A DNA stretch of 33,386 nucleotides from Octopus bimaculoides (Eukaryota). How positions within the stretch are numbered: position 1 is the stretch's first letter; each line of letters opens with the position of its first letter. A program made the position numbers and the translations under genes. The notes below the pieces were generated by a model that did not search any database, had not been told where the DNA came from, and saw nothing but the letters and a program-made list of their open reading frames with translations. Shown in pieces: positions 21,070-32,379 of this stretch. The stretch spans positions 74,436,599-74,469,984 of the forward strand of contig NC_068987.1 in the NCBI RefSeq assembly GCF_001194135.2, read 5' to 3'.

Positions 21070-22488
21070 GGAAGTCCCATGGCAACTTCACTTCATCGTT
21101 TTCGAAAGCTTTCATTTCTGTCCTCACAAAATGGTCGTAGCTCGTTTCTGTGCAAACAAAACCGAACTAATGATCGTTGCTGCAAGTTTGTCATGTATAT
21201 AGGTTTTGTATTTATTCCGAGCTACAGTTTCGAGTGCTTCAGTACACATTTAGCTTTTGGGTAAACAGTACAGCGAATAGAAGTATATCATTCGCTTGAT
21301 ACAATTTACACTTAGAATGTATCCCCACGTTGCCAAAACCAACTCCTCGGTTTCTTTCTGTAACCAAAGCCATCAGTTATTGTCATCCTTTATACTTTTT
21401 GTTTTTTGAAAAAAAAAAAAAAAGAGAAAAAAACACTGAACCACTGAATCTCTTTTTCTCACACTTTTCTATTTTTTTTCTCTCTCTAACTCTATAATAA
21501 ATAGTCATTCACTTATTCCCTTCTCAAGGAGAACTTTTTTTTTTACTTCTTGATCGAAACCAAATTTTGTTTCCGCTAGATCTACCACCTCTTCAATAAT
21601 CATCAACATCTTTTTCCTGTTCTTTAACAGTATAAAGTCTACATATGATAGAGGGGTGGGGTGAAGGCTTCTGTGTACTGTGAGCCGCTGAAAAGCTTTG
21701 CTTGTCGATATTGTTCCGTTAATTCCTGCTCCATGTTTTATTAGTGATATTGACCTAAAGTTTATTTATATAATGTTCTCTGTTTAGAATTTGGAATATT
21801 TCTTTTCTTATTTTTATACCTTTATTTTTTATCATTTACAAGTATTCCGAGATACTTATATATTTCCACAGAGTTTATGGACTTGAATGTCTTCAGTAAT
21901 GTGTCAGAACTTCCAGAACTTTTATGAGTTTCCAACTCTTCGTCTCCGTCATAACATATTTCTCGATATCGGATACCATCAACTTGTCACAACTAAGTAT
22001 TCGTACTGTTTGCAACAAAGAATCCAGATGATTCATTTCCTTGTTATAGAGCTTTAAATGATCTATGTCCAGGAGATGATTTACTTTCTTATTCTTTGCC
22101 GGTGAACATCATTCTTCGTTTAGAATGGTTGACAAAGGGATCGATGTTATTTACATGCAAAATAGAAAAAGGACTGTCAACTTTGAAAGATTCATCTTCT
22201 AATCACTGCAACCGCTAAATTTTCTTTACCCAGTGGCAACTGTACTTTCCAATGTGACATGCCATTTTTGAACAAATACCTAGCATTTTTCGATATCTTG
22301 AACTGTTCTAGGCAACGCTAGGAAGGCATATTACTTAGTTTCACATTCGTGGAACTGGGTGATATGTCCTTCAATAATCGATCTACGCGATGTGCATTCT
22401 CTTTACAAACTGTATTGGTAGCTTGGTATCTTTAAAATGCTTTCTGCGACAGAGTGGCGACCTGTTCAGGGGAGAATTTCATTATCTC
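21070..22488 (-). mobile_element. Decayed R4/Dong-type (RLE-encoding) non-LTR retrotransposon: RT through C-terminal region
   Basis: Piecing frames gives MHIA*IDY*RTY (MAWIDYKKAY), RCLEQFKISKNARYLFKNGMSHWKVQL..ENLAVAVIRR*IFQ (IRRGIFQG), KKVNHLLDIDHLKLYNKEMNHLDSLLQTVRI (NHLLYMDDLKLY..LDSLIQTVRIF; DIDH at 22058-22069), YKYLGIL, TVHRSLHP, WLWLQKETEELVLA, YIHDKLA, FENDEVKLPWDF. Confidence 0.85.
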
Positions 22489-22569
22489 AATTACTTAAAC
22501 GTCATGGAAACCGAAACAAGCTCTAGCCTAAGGGATCTATAGGCTCGAAACAGACTTTCATTTTATATG

Positions 22570-22885
22570 CGTATACATACATACATACATACATACATAC
22601 ATACATACGAACATACATACACAGATACGTGTGTATGTATGCGTGTAAGTTTATGTGTAAAACATGCGCGCAATGCATATATGTAAATATATATGCGTAA
22701 TGTGTATAAATATGTCATTAAAATTGTTTATAGATTCCCTCACACACAGATTACACAAATATGTGTGTGCTTGAGTGTAGACATATGTATTTATAAAGTG
22801 GTAGGTAGTTTTGGAATCTAACCCTTTAGCTAATTGATAGAACCGATATGAATGAATTGTAAATTGCGGCTGGCTGTCTAAGCAA

Positions 22886-22954
<69 letters not shown>

Positions 22955-23147
22955 TATCATTTACAGAGGTATACTTGCTGCTGTTTTAGTGTACTGAAAT
23001 GAGTGCATAGGAATACGCTTACATACAAATACATGCGCCTGTCTGTCTGTCTGTATGTATGTATGTATGTATGTATGTATGCATGCATGTACATGTTTGT
23101 ATACATGTTTGTATGTATGTATATGTGTGTATGTGTGTGTATGTGTG

Positions 23148-23182
<35 letters not shown>

Positions 23183-23191
23183 GTAGGTAGG

Positions 23192-23255
<64 letters not shown>
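22570..23255. repeat. Microsatellite cluster: (TACA)n, (TG)n 22865-22952, (TATG)n, (GATA)n 23148-23255
   Basis: Directly visible. Confidence 0.92.
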
Positions 23256-23375
23256 GTTAGGCATCATCTTGTATGCAATTATGCGAAACGGACTAATATT
23301 ACGTTGCTATTATATTAAACTATCGTATGTCCAAATTTGGCCAAATACGTTTTTTTCAATATTTATTGTTTGCTT

Positions 23376-23594
23376 AAGGCGGAGAGCTGGCAGAAACCTT
23401 AGCACACAGGGCGAAATGCTTAGCGGTATTTCGTCTTTCATTACGTTCCGAGTTCAAATTCCGCCGAGGTCGACTTTGCCTTTCATCCTTTCTTGGTCGA
23501 TAAATTAAGTACCAGTTGCGTACTGAGGTCAATCTAATTGACTGGCCCCTTCCCCAAAAGTTTCGGGCCTTGTGCCTAGAGTAGAAAAGAATAT
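23376..23594 (+). mobile_element. Full-length young SINE family B
   Basis: Head GGCGGAGAGCTGGCAGAAACC...GAGTTCAAATTCCGCC; central GAGGTCGACTTTGCCTTTCATCCTTTC..GGTCGATAAATTAAGTACCAG; tail GCCTTGTGCCTAGAGTAGAAAAGAATATT. Confidence 0.92.
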
Positions 23595-23919
23595 TTATTT
23601 TTGCTTGCAATAGCCGTTTCTTTTGATCAGGTTGTCGTATCACCAGCTGCTTCAGATGCTAAGATATCAAAAATTGTCAAAGTATAGTACAATGGTTTTG
23701 CTATGGAAAGCTGAAACTAGTCTTTTGTTTTCTGAAAAAGCAACGTTTTGGACTTACGACACTTTTGCATACATTGATGCCATAACGATACATTGATGTC
23801 ATAAAGGCAGCCTTTGACTTTTTTGTATCGAAAGAGTGCTTTAATCAAATATTCATACGTTATTATTTATAGCTTTATTTGCTTCGAGATCCTAAAAAGA
23901 ATTATTTCATGCTACCAGG

Positions 23920-24650
23920 ACTCGTGAATATTTCACGGAATTAATGGTAAACCTATTGGATTATTTCTGAAAACTTTATCTCCAAAACCTGAAAGCGTAG
24001 CCTGTGGTGTGTCTGTATGGAAAGATAGTCGTTCATCTGCTATTCATTGAAAAGTGAAAGAAATTGGAATACGATGACTACTTAATGCAGTATATATATA
24101 CACTTTATATACTTTATGTACAATTCTATAGACTTAATACACAGCACTTGCAAAATAAATATCCACCCTTATTTTTCCATTTTAGCCATAAACACCAACA
24201 AAAATAAAAATCCCGTACATATGATACAACCTTTAGCCAAATTGCATATATTTACCACGTAAATAAGCGTGAATATTTCACGGAATTGCACTTATGCGCA
24301 TGCGTTAAGTGATAGGTGATATAAAAAGACTTGATTCAATTTTTAAAATGCACTCGTCACAATCCAATCTCTCTCCTTTTTCTTTCTCCTTTCTTTCCTT
24401 TCAACTAATCATGTGAAAGAGTTACAATTACACTCCCTCTACCTCACGTCATGGACGCTTCTCTCTCCCTCTTTTTCTCCTTCCCTCTTTTCTCTCTCTC
24501 TTTTCTTTCTCCCTCTTTTTTCTAATCACGTGAAAGCGTTACCGATGAGCTAAGTAACGCAATGACAAGCAAAATTACCATAAGATTCTCGAAGATTATA
24601 AATTCTTATGACGTCAATAACATACAATCCTCGCTGGTGAGAAATATAAG
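23920..24650. repeat. Unclassified dispersed repeat with palindromic direct repeats
   Basis: CGTGAATATTTCACGGAATT at 23923-23942 and 24268-24287; 24586-24644 is an inverted homolog of 21002-21062. Confidence 0.45.
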
Positions 24651-25176
24651 CGTTTATTTATACATTAGGGGTTTGTCACTCTGTGGTAGAAAATGGGATT
24701 AATGTTACAAGTTTTCTTCGGTCTTCATCAGAGAAAGAATATCCATCTTCTATTCATGAAGAGATTTGTAGCTTATGGCTATTTTTAAGGCATATAGTCT
24801 AAGACTCCACTAAACTGGCCAGTCTAATTTGCATAATTGAATGTATTGAAAGCATTTATATATACTGGAATAGCTTATAGCCATTAATTTTTTTGTGGAT
24901 TATGTCTAATTTTAAACAAGTATACCTTACATATCAGAATGTACAAGTAGGTAGTGCACGATGAATGATTTAATTCATTAACCCTGTCAGCGTGTGTACT
25001 GTTATGCAAATTTTGTCTGGCCAGTTGTGCAGTTTATGTGTATTATAGATAGCTGTAAGCTGCAAGTAAGGCAGGAGAAGAGAATACAGTGAGAGGGAGA
25101 GAAAGATATANNNNNNNNNNNNNNNNNNNNNNNNNNNNNNNNNNNNNNNNNNNNNNNNNNNNNNNNNNNNNNNNNN

Positions 25177-25221
<45 letters not shown>

Positions 25222-25486
25222 CTAGATAGAAGGGAAAAAGACACAAGAAAGGAGTTAGAACTCAGACAAAGAGACTGAAGACAGTGTGTATGTGTCCGTG
25301 TGTGCATACTTGTGCATGTATACTCAAGAAGGAAAGAAAGAAAGAGAGAAATAAAGGGAAAAAAGAAAGAGAGGGAGAGAAAGAGAGAGAGATAAGAGTT
25401 CTGGTATTTATATATTATAGATAGCTATAAGCTACAAGAAGATAGAAGATAAGTATTCTTTGCCTAATGAGGATCTAATGAGACTA

Positions 25487-25563
25487 GAATCTGCTTGGAT
25501 CGAACCCACATCTTTCTGCTCGCTGATAGGTGGAAATGTATGATGTATGTAACCACTTGGTTC
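25487..25563 (-). mobile_element. tRNA-derived head fragment related to 20899-20969
   Basis: Minus strand CCTATCAG...AGATGTGGGTTCGATCC resembles CCTATCAT...AAATGTGGGTTCGAATCC. Confidence 0.5.
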
Positions 25564-25688
25564 ACTTTCAACAGCGAGGCGGAGAGGACATATCTTTCAA
25601 TTCAAATTATGGAAAAAAGTATGTTATAAAATAATTAATTTATACATTTTGTACGTCTGTTTTTCTACTGTTCTGTTCTTTATTCATC

Positions 25689-25691
<3 letters not shown>

Positions 25692-25757
<66 letters not shown>

Positions 25758-26560
25758 CTTGCACACACGTGTACACACACACGTATACACACACACAGAC
25801 ACACAAGCGCGTGCACACACACACAGACTCATGTACACATACTCACACTGTCTTTCTGGCCACCTTTTACTCTTTCTTGTCTCTTTCTTCTCTCCACTAT
25901 CAAGTTCTCTCTCTCTCTCTCTCTCACTCTTTCTCTTTCTCTGTCTGCTTGTCTTTGTCTCTATGTTTCCCCTTCTCTCTCTCTCTCTCTCTCTTTCTCT
26001 CCGCTATCTAGTTCTCTCTCTCTCTCTCTCTCTCTCTCCCCTCTCCGTTATCTAGTTCTCTCTCTCTCTCCCCCCTCTCCGTTATCTAGTTCTCTCTCTC
26101 TCTCTTCCTTTGTCAGTCTGTTTGTCTGTCTCTTTGTCTCCCTCTCTCTTTTCTCTCTCTCCTCTCCGCTATCTAGTTCTCTCTCTCACTCTTTCTCTTT
26201 CTCTGTCTGCTTGTCTTTGTCTCTATGTTTCCCCTTCTCTCTCTCTCTCTCTCTCTCTCTCCGCTATCTAGTTCTCTCTCTCTCCCCCCTCTCCGTTATT
26301 TAGGTCTCTCTCTAGTTCTCTCTCACTCTCTTCCTTTGTCTCTTTGTCTCCCTCTCTCTTTTCTCTCTCTCCTCTCCGCTATCTAGTTCTCTCTCTCCCT
26401 CTTTCTCTTTCTCTGCCTATTTGTCTGTCTCTCTGTTTCTCAGTCTTCCCCCCCACCTCTCTCTCTCTGTCTCTCTCTTACTCTCTCTCTCTTTGTCTGT
26501 CTGTCTTTCATTGTATTCTCTATTCTCTCTCTTACTCTCTCTCCCTCCGTCCTTTTTTTT
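25692..26560. repeat. (CT)n satellite with higher-order repeat structure
   Basis: CCG(C/T)TATCTAGTTCTCTC at 26001, 26045, 26079, 26166, 26261, 26293 (variant) and 26376; a block starting at 25921 recurs at 26183 (period ~262). Confidence 0.88.
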
Positions 26561-26749
26561 CTTTTTCTATCTGCGATGTTTGCTAATCTTCCCGTCTCTC
26601 CGTTCCCCGCCTCTCTGCCAGTTCTGAAATTTAGGATGTAACACATTCTTCACCTCACAACCACGCCACTGACGTTTAACTTCGGGATGTCTTCAACATG
26701 GGTGGGCTTCAACAGAATTCCAACTTACCTCGCCTCTCACCACATATCG

Positions 26750-26801
26750 TTAACAAACAGCAACACCAACAAGGGACAACAACAACAACAACAACCAAAG
26801 T

Positions 26802-26838
<37 letters not shown>

Positions 26839-26990
26839 ACAGCATAGAGAACAACAAGAGCTGTAGGAGTAACGGCAGCCAGAAAGCCATAAACAACGAT
26901 AAGGAAAACTGAAGGGCAGCTCCACCATCGGCACCACCACCACCGCTATCAGCAACAACGGCAGCAATAGTAAGGACAACAGTGTGCCTA
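26750..26990. repeat. Degenerate CAA/CAT/CAC tract
   Basis: Directly visible. Confidence 0.85.
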
Positions 26991-26991
26991 G

Positions 26992-27200
26992 GAATAGCAG
27001 CTAATTTCACCTCAAATCTTACGTATTGTGTTGAAACGGTTGTAATGGATTGTACTCACGTTAGATAACGTAGTCCTCCATGTGTGATAGTCCTCGATAC
27101 GTAATTCCCAAGAGAGGGACCGGATGGTAATGACCGGAACGCCTTTGATCATTACACAGTGAGAGCTGACCTGGGGCTAAAGAATGATATCAACAAGAAG
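26992..27200 (+). mobile_element. Family D copy
   Basis: GAATAGCAGCTAATTTCACCTCAAATC ... GGATGGTAATGACCGGAACGCCTTTGATC...GAGCTGACCTGGGGCTAAA, then a CAA/GAA tail. Confidence 0.75.
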
Positions 27201-27563
27201 AAGAAGAACAGACCTATTATAATAAATAGCCTCTTCGTAGTTGCTCGATTTGCCAGAAATTACAACCAAATTCTTCCTCAAATCACACCTTTAATCTGAA
27301 ATGTAAAAAAAGAAACTGGTCGCTGTATTCGCTGAAACGTAAAATGATTTCATTGATGGCCTGAGTTTGAGCAACAACAACAATTACAACAGCAATTAGT
27401 GAACTTCTACGAAGTCAGCAGGCTTCCTGAAAATAGCAGTCAAACTTTTCTTAAATTACATTATCACCTATAAAGAAAAAGAACTTATTAGAACATGTAA
27501 TCTAAGATAAACTATGCCTAAAAATAATAAAAAATTAAAAACGAGTCGGTCACGTTACCTTAC

Positions 27564-27854
27564 GCTACACGTGCAGCGACCGTCTTTATTGCATGAATGG
27601 AAATGACCATAAATTCTGACAGTGTCTCTTAAATTATACTTTACATACGTAGGTGGCATATTATTTAAGGTTACGTTTATTTGCTTGTCTATTATTACTG
27701 ATGCTGTAGTCATTGCGGTTGAGGCTGACAAGTGGCTTATCTTAACCCTTTGTCTGTCCAAAACGTCCTTGTTTGTGTTCAGACTTTTAGTTAACCCATG
27801 TTTTACATATTCCGAGTAATAATAAAACTTTCCTTTCGTAGGTCCAAAGTTACT
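27564..27854 (-). CDS. Candidate internal coding exon (291 bp, phase 0-0), product unknown
   Basis: Stop-free 97 codons in non-microsatellite sequence; acceptor TTTTTTCTATCACCAG ends at 27855 and donor GTAAGG starts at 27563. No protein family recognised. Confidence 0.3.
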
Positions 27855-28444
27855 CTGGTGATAGAAAAAATAGGGAATGTATATCATATATAATATATGG
27901 ACGCCTGTGTATCACATGTTATACAAAGGGACAGGCTATGGGTTAATATTACATTTAAACAATTTTTAGAGTAAATATTTAAATAGGAGACGAAGGCTAA
28001 AATCTTGTGCGGATGCTTCCATCATCCCCCTACGGCAACTTTTGTGCCTAGATCGTATATCAAAATTTTCGCTAACCCTACAATAAGTGGGGATGACTGT
28101 TTGGCCCACTTTGAATAGCAGGGATTTAAGTATACGTATATTTAAGTATACGTATATCTAACCAGATAGAAACAGTTTAGTTTCCATCCTCCTCAATTCA
28201 TGTCTTCAGAGAAGAACGGAGATATGATCAAATAGTCACGGATAAACAACTTGGAATGATGGAATGGTCAAAGCTGTAAATGCGTTTGACCATGATATAT
28301 AACTGCTCATTCAGAGCTCGCCTCATATTTCTTTTGCTGGTTGGGGGAGGCAGCCCTTCTGAGTGGATCAGTTTGTAAGGTTTGAAAAGCGAGCGGACAA
28401 ATTGTCATACTTAATAAGATTAAGAAGTTTTTAATATTTTGAAG

Positions 28445-28820
28445 CTTAGTGTGTTTAAGAAGCTCGCTTTGCAACCACGTAGTTTCAGGTTTAGTCCCAG
28501 CTGGAGCAAGTGTCTTCTTCAATAGCTCCGAGCCTTTTGAGTGAATTTTGTAGATGGAAACTGTGGAAGTCCGTCGTCTACATATATGTGTGTGTGCGTA
28601 TGTGTATGTCTTTGTGTTTGTGTTTGTCCCGTCTACAACTTGACAACCGGTGCTGGTTTGTTTACAAACCCGTAACTTAGCGGCTCGGTGAACCCCATAG
28701 AATAAGTAGCAGGGTTTTAAAAATGTTTTAAAAAACAACGGTCGATTCGTTGAACTGAAACCCTTCAAGATGGTGCCCCAGAATGGTCGCAGCCCAATGA
28801 TGAAACAAGTAAAATATAAA
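28445..28820 (+). mobile_element. Older SINE family A copy
   Basis: GCAAGTGTCTTCT, TGTAGATGGAAACTG, internal TG tract, CTTGACAACCGGTGCTGG, CCGTAACTTAGCGG and GAAACAAGTAAAA align with 18318-18760. Confidence 0.85.
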
Positions 28821-28954
28821 GCAAATTCTAGGTGTGATTTGACCTCAGAATAGAAACAAACACTGCAAAGCATTCTACCGAACACGCTAACCGCTGAGCC
28901 ACTTTACAGCCTTTATAAAATCAGTTCATCCGAGGAACTCAACAAGCCAACCCA

Positions 28955-29170
28955 TCTATGTGGCCACTCGGTCTGCTAGAAATAGAAACCAAATGTCCTT
29001 TAAAGGAAACCTAAACCGTTTTAATGGTGACTTTAAGTTTACATTGGATGATGTAGTCCTACATATATATCACTAAATAGACAGGGATAGTCATGTGTAG
29101 AATTACCTTTGATTATGATCATAGGTTTTCTCTTTTGGACTTTAGATAACCTGGTGTTCAACAACAATAA
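28955..29170 (+). mobile_element. Family D copy
   Basis: TATGTGGCCACTCGGTCTGCTAGAAATAG ... GACAGGGATAGTCATG...ACCTTTGATT...ATAACCTGG, then a CAACAACAATAACAAC tail. Confidence 0.7.
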
Positions 29171-29281
29171 CAACCTCCCTTCCTGATCCTTGTATCTCTG
29201 TTATTTGATCTTTTAGGAGCCGCCTATAAATATATTCCATCTAAATCCTCTAGTTCTAGCTACAACAGAAGAATTTCGTCA

Positions 29282-29283
<2 letters not shown>

Positions 29284-29343
<60 letters not shown>

Positions 29344-29450
29344 TATACATACATACTTATAAACATTTTTATGCATACGCACTCGCATACACCTCTCTCT
29401 CTCACTCTCCCTCTCACTAACTCTCTCACTCTCTCATCTCTCCCCACACA
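29284..29450. repeat. (CA)n/(CT)n microsatellite
   Basis: Directly visible. Confidence 0.92.
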
Positions 29451-29477
29451 CATGTAGATATGATGGTGTAGTTGTGA

Positions 29478-29720
29478 TATAACCCCAGGTCAACTCTAAC
29501 AGAGCAGTTCTGTGATCAAAAGCATTGTAGGCATCGTGACTATATACTATAAAGATAAAGGACTTTCCATTCTAGTTGTGTTTATTCTACTTGTGCGTAA
29601 TCTACGATATTACATGATCTTAATGTGTTCCACTCATTTCAAGACGGCAGAGTATTGCTTGAGAAAAAGCTATCTTCTATTTCTTGGGTGTTGCGTGATC
29701 GCACAGAGTCGATAGGTCTT
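29478..29720 (-). mobile_element. Family D copy
   Basis: AACCCCAGGTCAACTCTAACAGAGCAG...TGATCAAAAGCATT ... TTCAAGACGGCAGAGT...TTGAG...CTATTTC. Confidence 0.6.
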
Positions 29721-30380
29721 TCTCCTTTTCCTCGCTTAAAGGTACACAGACACTCCGATGCATACCTCTACAAACTCGCTCCCACACCCCTTTTGATTCC
29801 GCCCTAAAGCAGCAATCGTTAGCGGATTTTATCCCTTCACCATCCATAGTGTAGTGGTTCTTGACCGGGAGCCATGTAAAATTGTCTTATTAAAGTCAAT
29901 GTGCTTATCACTCATACCCCGCAATCAATTTATTTACGAACCGAAATAAAAACTCCACTCAGACGATTTCAAAACAACAGGAAAATCCGACTAGAATCAG
30001 GATTACAAAGGAGGATGACACTGAAATGTCGAGAGCATAAGGTACAAAAGGCTCACGACAAATAACTTAATAAATAAATGAATAAATAAAAGCAACAAAC
30101 GTAAGCATCCCGTCCTCGGCTGCCTATCAGAATTCCTTATAGTTTCGACTCCTGAACACTACGATTTTATACGCTGATGTGAAGAGCATCATAAATATAA
30201 ATGCTATATATAATAATTAACTAGGAATAACAGATCTAAAGAGGAGCTAAGTATTAGCTCAGAAAGTTTATTGAGTTAACAGCTGTATAACGTTCCTAAG
30301 CACAAATAAAAAACGAACAAAAATGTAAATAGATAAAAACGAAATAGGGGTTCTGCAACTTAATGAATTATAAAAGAATC

Positions 30381-30850
30381 AAAACGAATAAACCGTCACA
30401 GAACTGTAGCTATTAAAAAATATAAATTAAAGGGAATAAACCGAAGCGGACATTGCTACCTAAAAAACTGTAAAACATAAAATAACTGAAGTTACTAAAC
30501 ACACAAATCAATGAAATGCGTCACCAAACATATAAATCAATTAAATATGGAAAAAAATAGCTAAAAGATTAACATACCTCCATTTATCCCCCAAATTCCC
30601 TCATAAACAACAAAAATGTAAACCTCATCCGGTGCCAAAAGAAAAAAAAAGGGGTTCAAATCGAATAAACTGTCACAGAACTGCAGCTGTGAAACGTATG
30701 ACTTAAAGAAAATAAACCGAAACGGATATTGCCACCTAAAGGCCCATAAAATATAATTGAAAAAGAACTAAACGTACCAAATTGAAGTAACTAAACTCAC
30801 AAACCAATTATATGTGGAAAATGTAATCAAAAGAACACTATACTTCCATT
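30381..30850. repeat. Degenerate tandem duplication, period ~277 bp
   Basis: CGAATAAAC(C/T)GTCACAGAACTG(T/C)AGCT at 30385 and 30662, followed by matching AATAAACCGAA(G/A)CGGA(C/T)ATTGC(T/C)ACCTAAA blocks. Confidence 0.8.
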
Positions 30851-31747
30851 AACATGAAACAACTTCATAAATGGCAAAGGTAGTCCCCCACGTTATACTA
30901 GATCAAGTAGAGCCAAGACATACAGCCTACCTCAACCGCCGTCAAACCAAGGAATACGTTTACTTAACGTTTCAGTTGCTTCCCTTAGTGAGAGATCTTA
31001 AAGGCTACTTCACAAAGAAATAGAATTTATAAACCGTAACTACGTTTTTGCTGGTGACATTCAACATAAGAATATTTTTAAGAGTTAAAAAAGCAATAAA
31101 ATAAGACTGACGTATATAGATTATATCATATTTATAACGCTGAAACTTATATACACTGACTACAACCTCGCCCCAAACTAGATACAGTGGAACCGCTTCA
31201 GTGGCCAAGTCGCAATTGGTGCTACAAAAATTATGACACCAAATAACACATGATTAAGTCAAGTTAATAGTCTTTGTGTGTTTTGGATGACATATGTGTG
31301 TCTTCTACGCTTTAAAAAAGTAAGAGTTTTGGCATAACTAACGATTCATTTAATTAAACCATTAACAAATGATGAAAAAAAAAATCAAATGTTTTTGTAG
31401 ATTATCCGATGTTTCTTCGCTACTCATTTTTTGGTTCATTCGATGAAGAAGAAGCTTTGCCTCTTATATTCGGTTTACATGAAGAAGTCTCTCCCATCTC
31501 TCTCTCTCTCTCACCACAATACATGTGGAATTTCAAGAACTAGAAGATCGTGAATAAAGACATGGAGTTAGACAATACAATAATTGCTGTTTTCATTGTT
31601 TATCAGTGATTTCAGTAAATCTATGATCAACAGCATTCCATCATGCCCTGATTTTTTAACATACCATGCCGTGGTCATCCTATCTTTTAGCATACCATGC
31701 CATGGTCATCCTATTTTTAGCAACATCATTTACTATTATGTCCTTAC

Positions 31748-32000
31748 TACTTTTTCTCAACCGTTTTTTGCTTGTGGACCCCTTTGATTCCTATCTTACT
31801 CAGCTGGGCCCTCATAACCATTTGATGTTTTAAAAAATCCTATATTTTCATAATTAAATATTATTAGGAATTGTATCGAAAAATTGTTAAAATAATTTCT
31901 GTATTGAAGAAGTATAACCAATTTTTTTGCACATAAACTCTAACAACAAAATCTTATATGAAGCCACAAGGGTCTTAGGAACCCCGGTTGAAAGTCACTG
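31748..32000. mobile_element. hAT-type MITE (CAGTG-type ends)
   Basis: Left TTCTCAACCGTTTTTTGCTTGTGGACCCC; right GGGTCTTAGGAACCCCGGTTGAAAGTCACTG. The left TIR is degraded and no 8-bp TSD is seen. Confidence 0.55.
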
Positions 32001-32174
32001 CTCTAGAAAAAGGAGTTATGCCTATACCTTTAGCAGGCTCTCCAAAAACGAGGATATCAACGCTTCGAGGCTCCGCCGCCGCCGCCACCACCACCACCAT
32101 CAACAACAACAACGCCGCTACCACCATTCCATCAATGATACCACCACCACCACCACCAGTAACGAGCTAATGTG

Positions 32175-32375
32175 GAGCCCCTGCATCGTCGTTTGACCTA
32201 CTTCAAAGAAGCTGCCAGATTTCTTCTAAATCATATCTTATCGTCTTAGAAAAGACAAAGGAATTCTGGATTCCCCGAGGAGATGATCACATCTGGAATA
32301 CCTTTGATCGCAGCTCAACTCGATCACGGCTGACCCAGAATTAATCAACAAAGCAACAATGACAACGACGATGTA
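32175..32375 (+). mobile_element. Family D copy
   Basis: GTCGTTTGACCTACTTC..GAAGCTGCCAGATTTCTTCTAAATCA ... ATGATCACATCTGGAATACCTTTGATC...GGCTGACCC, then a CAA-type tail. Confidence 0.7.
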
Positions 32376-32379
32376 TCTA

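Noticed and set aside
22505-22565. AGCCTA/TAGGCT hairpin followed by CGAAAC
   Set aside because: No CUGANGA upstream and no GUH site.
28125-28156. 16-bp tandem duplication TTTAAGTATACGTATA
   Set aside because: Simple slippage or empty-site duplication with no associated element.
31660-31720. 31/30-bp tandem duplication
   Set aside because: Local duplication inside a family D block-A remnant; it is not a CRISPR-like array because there are no spacers.
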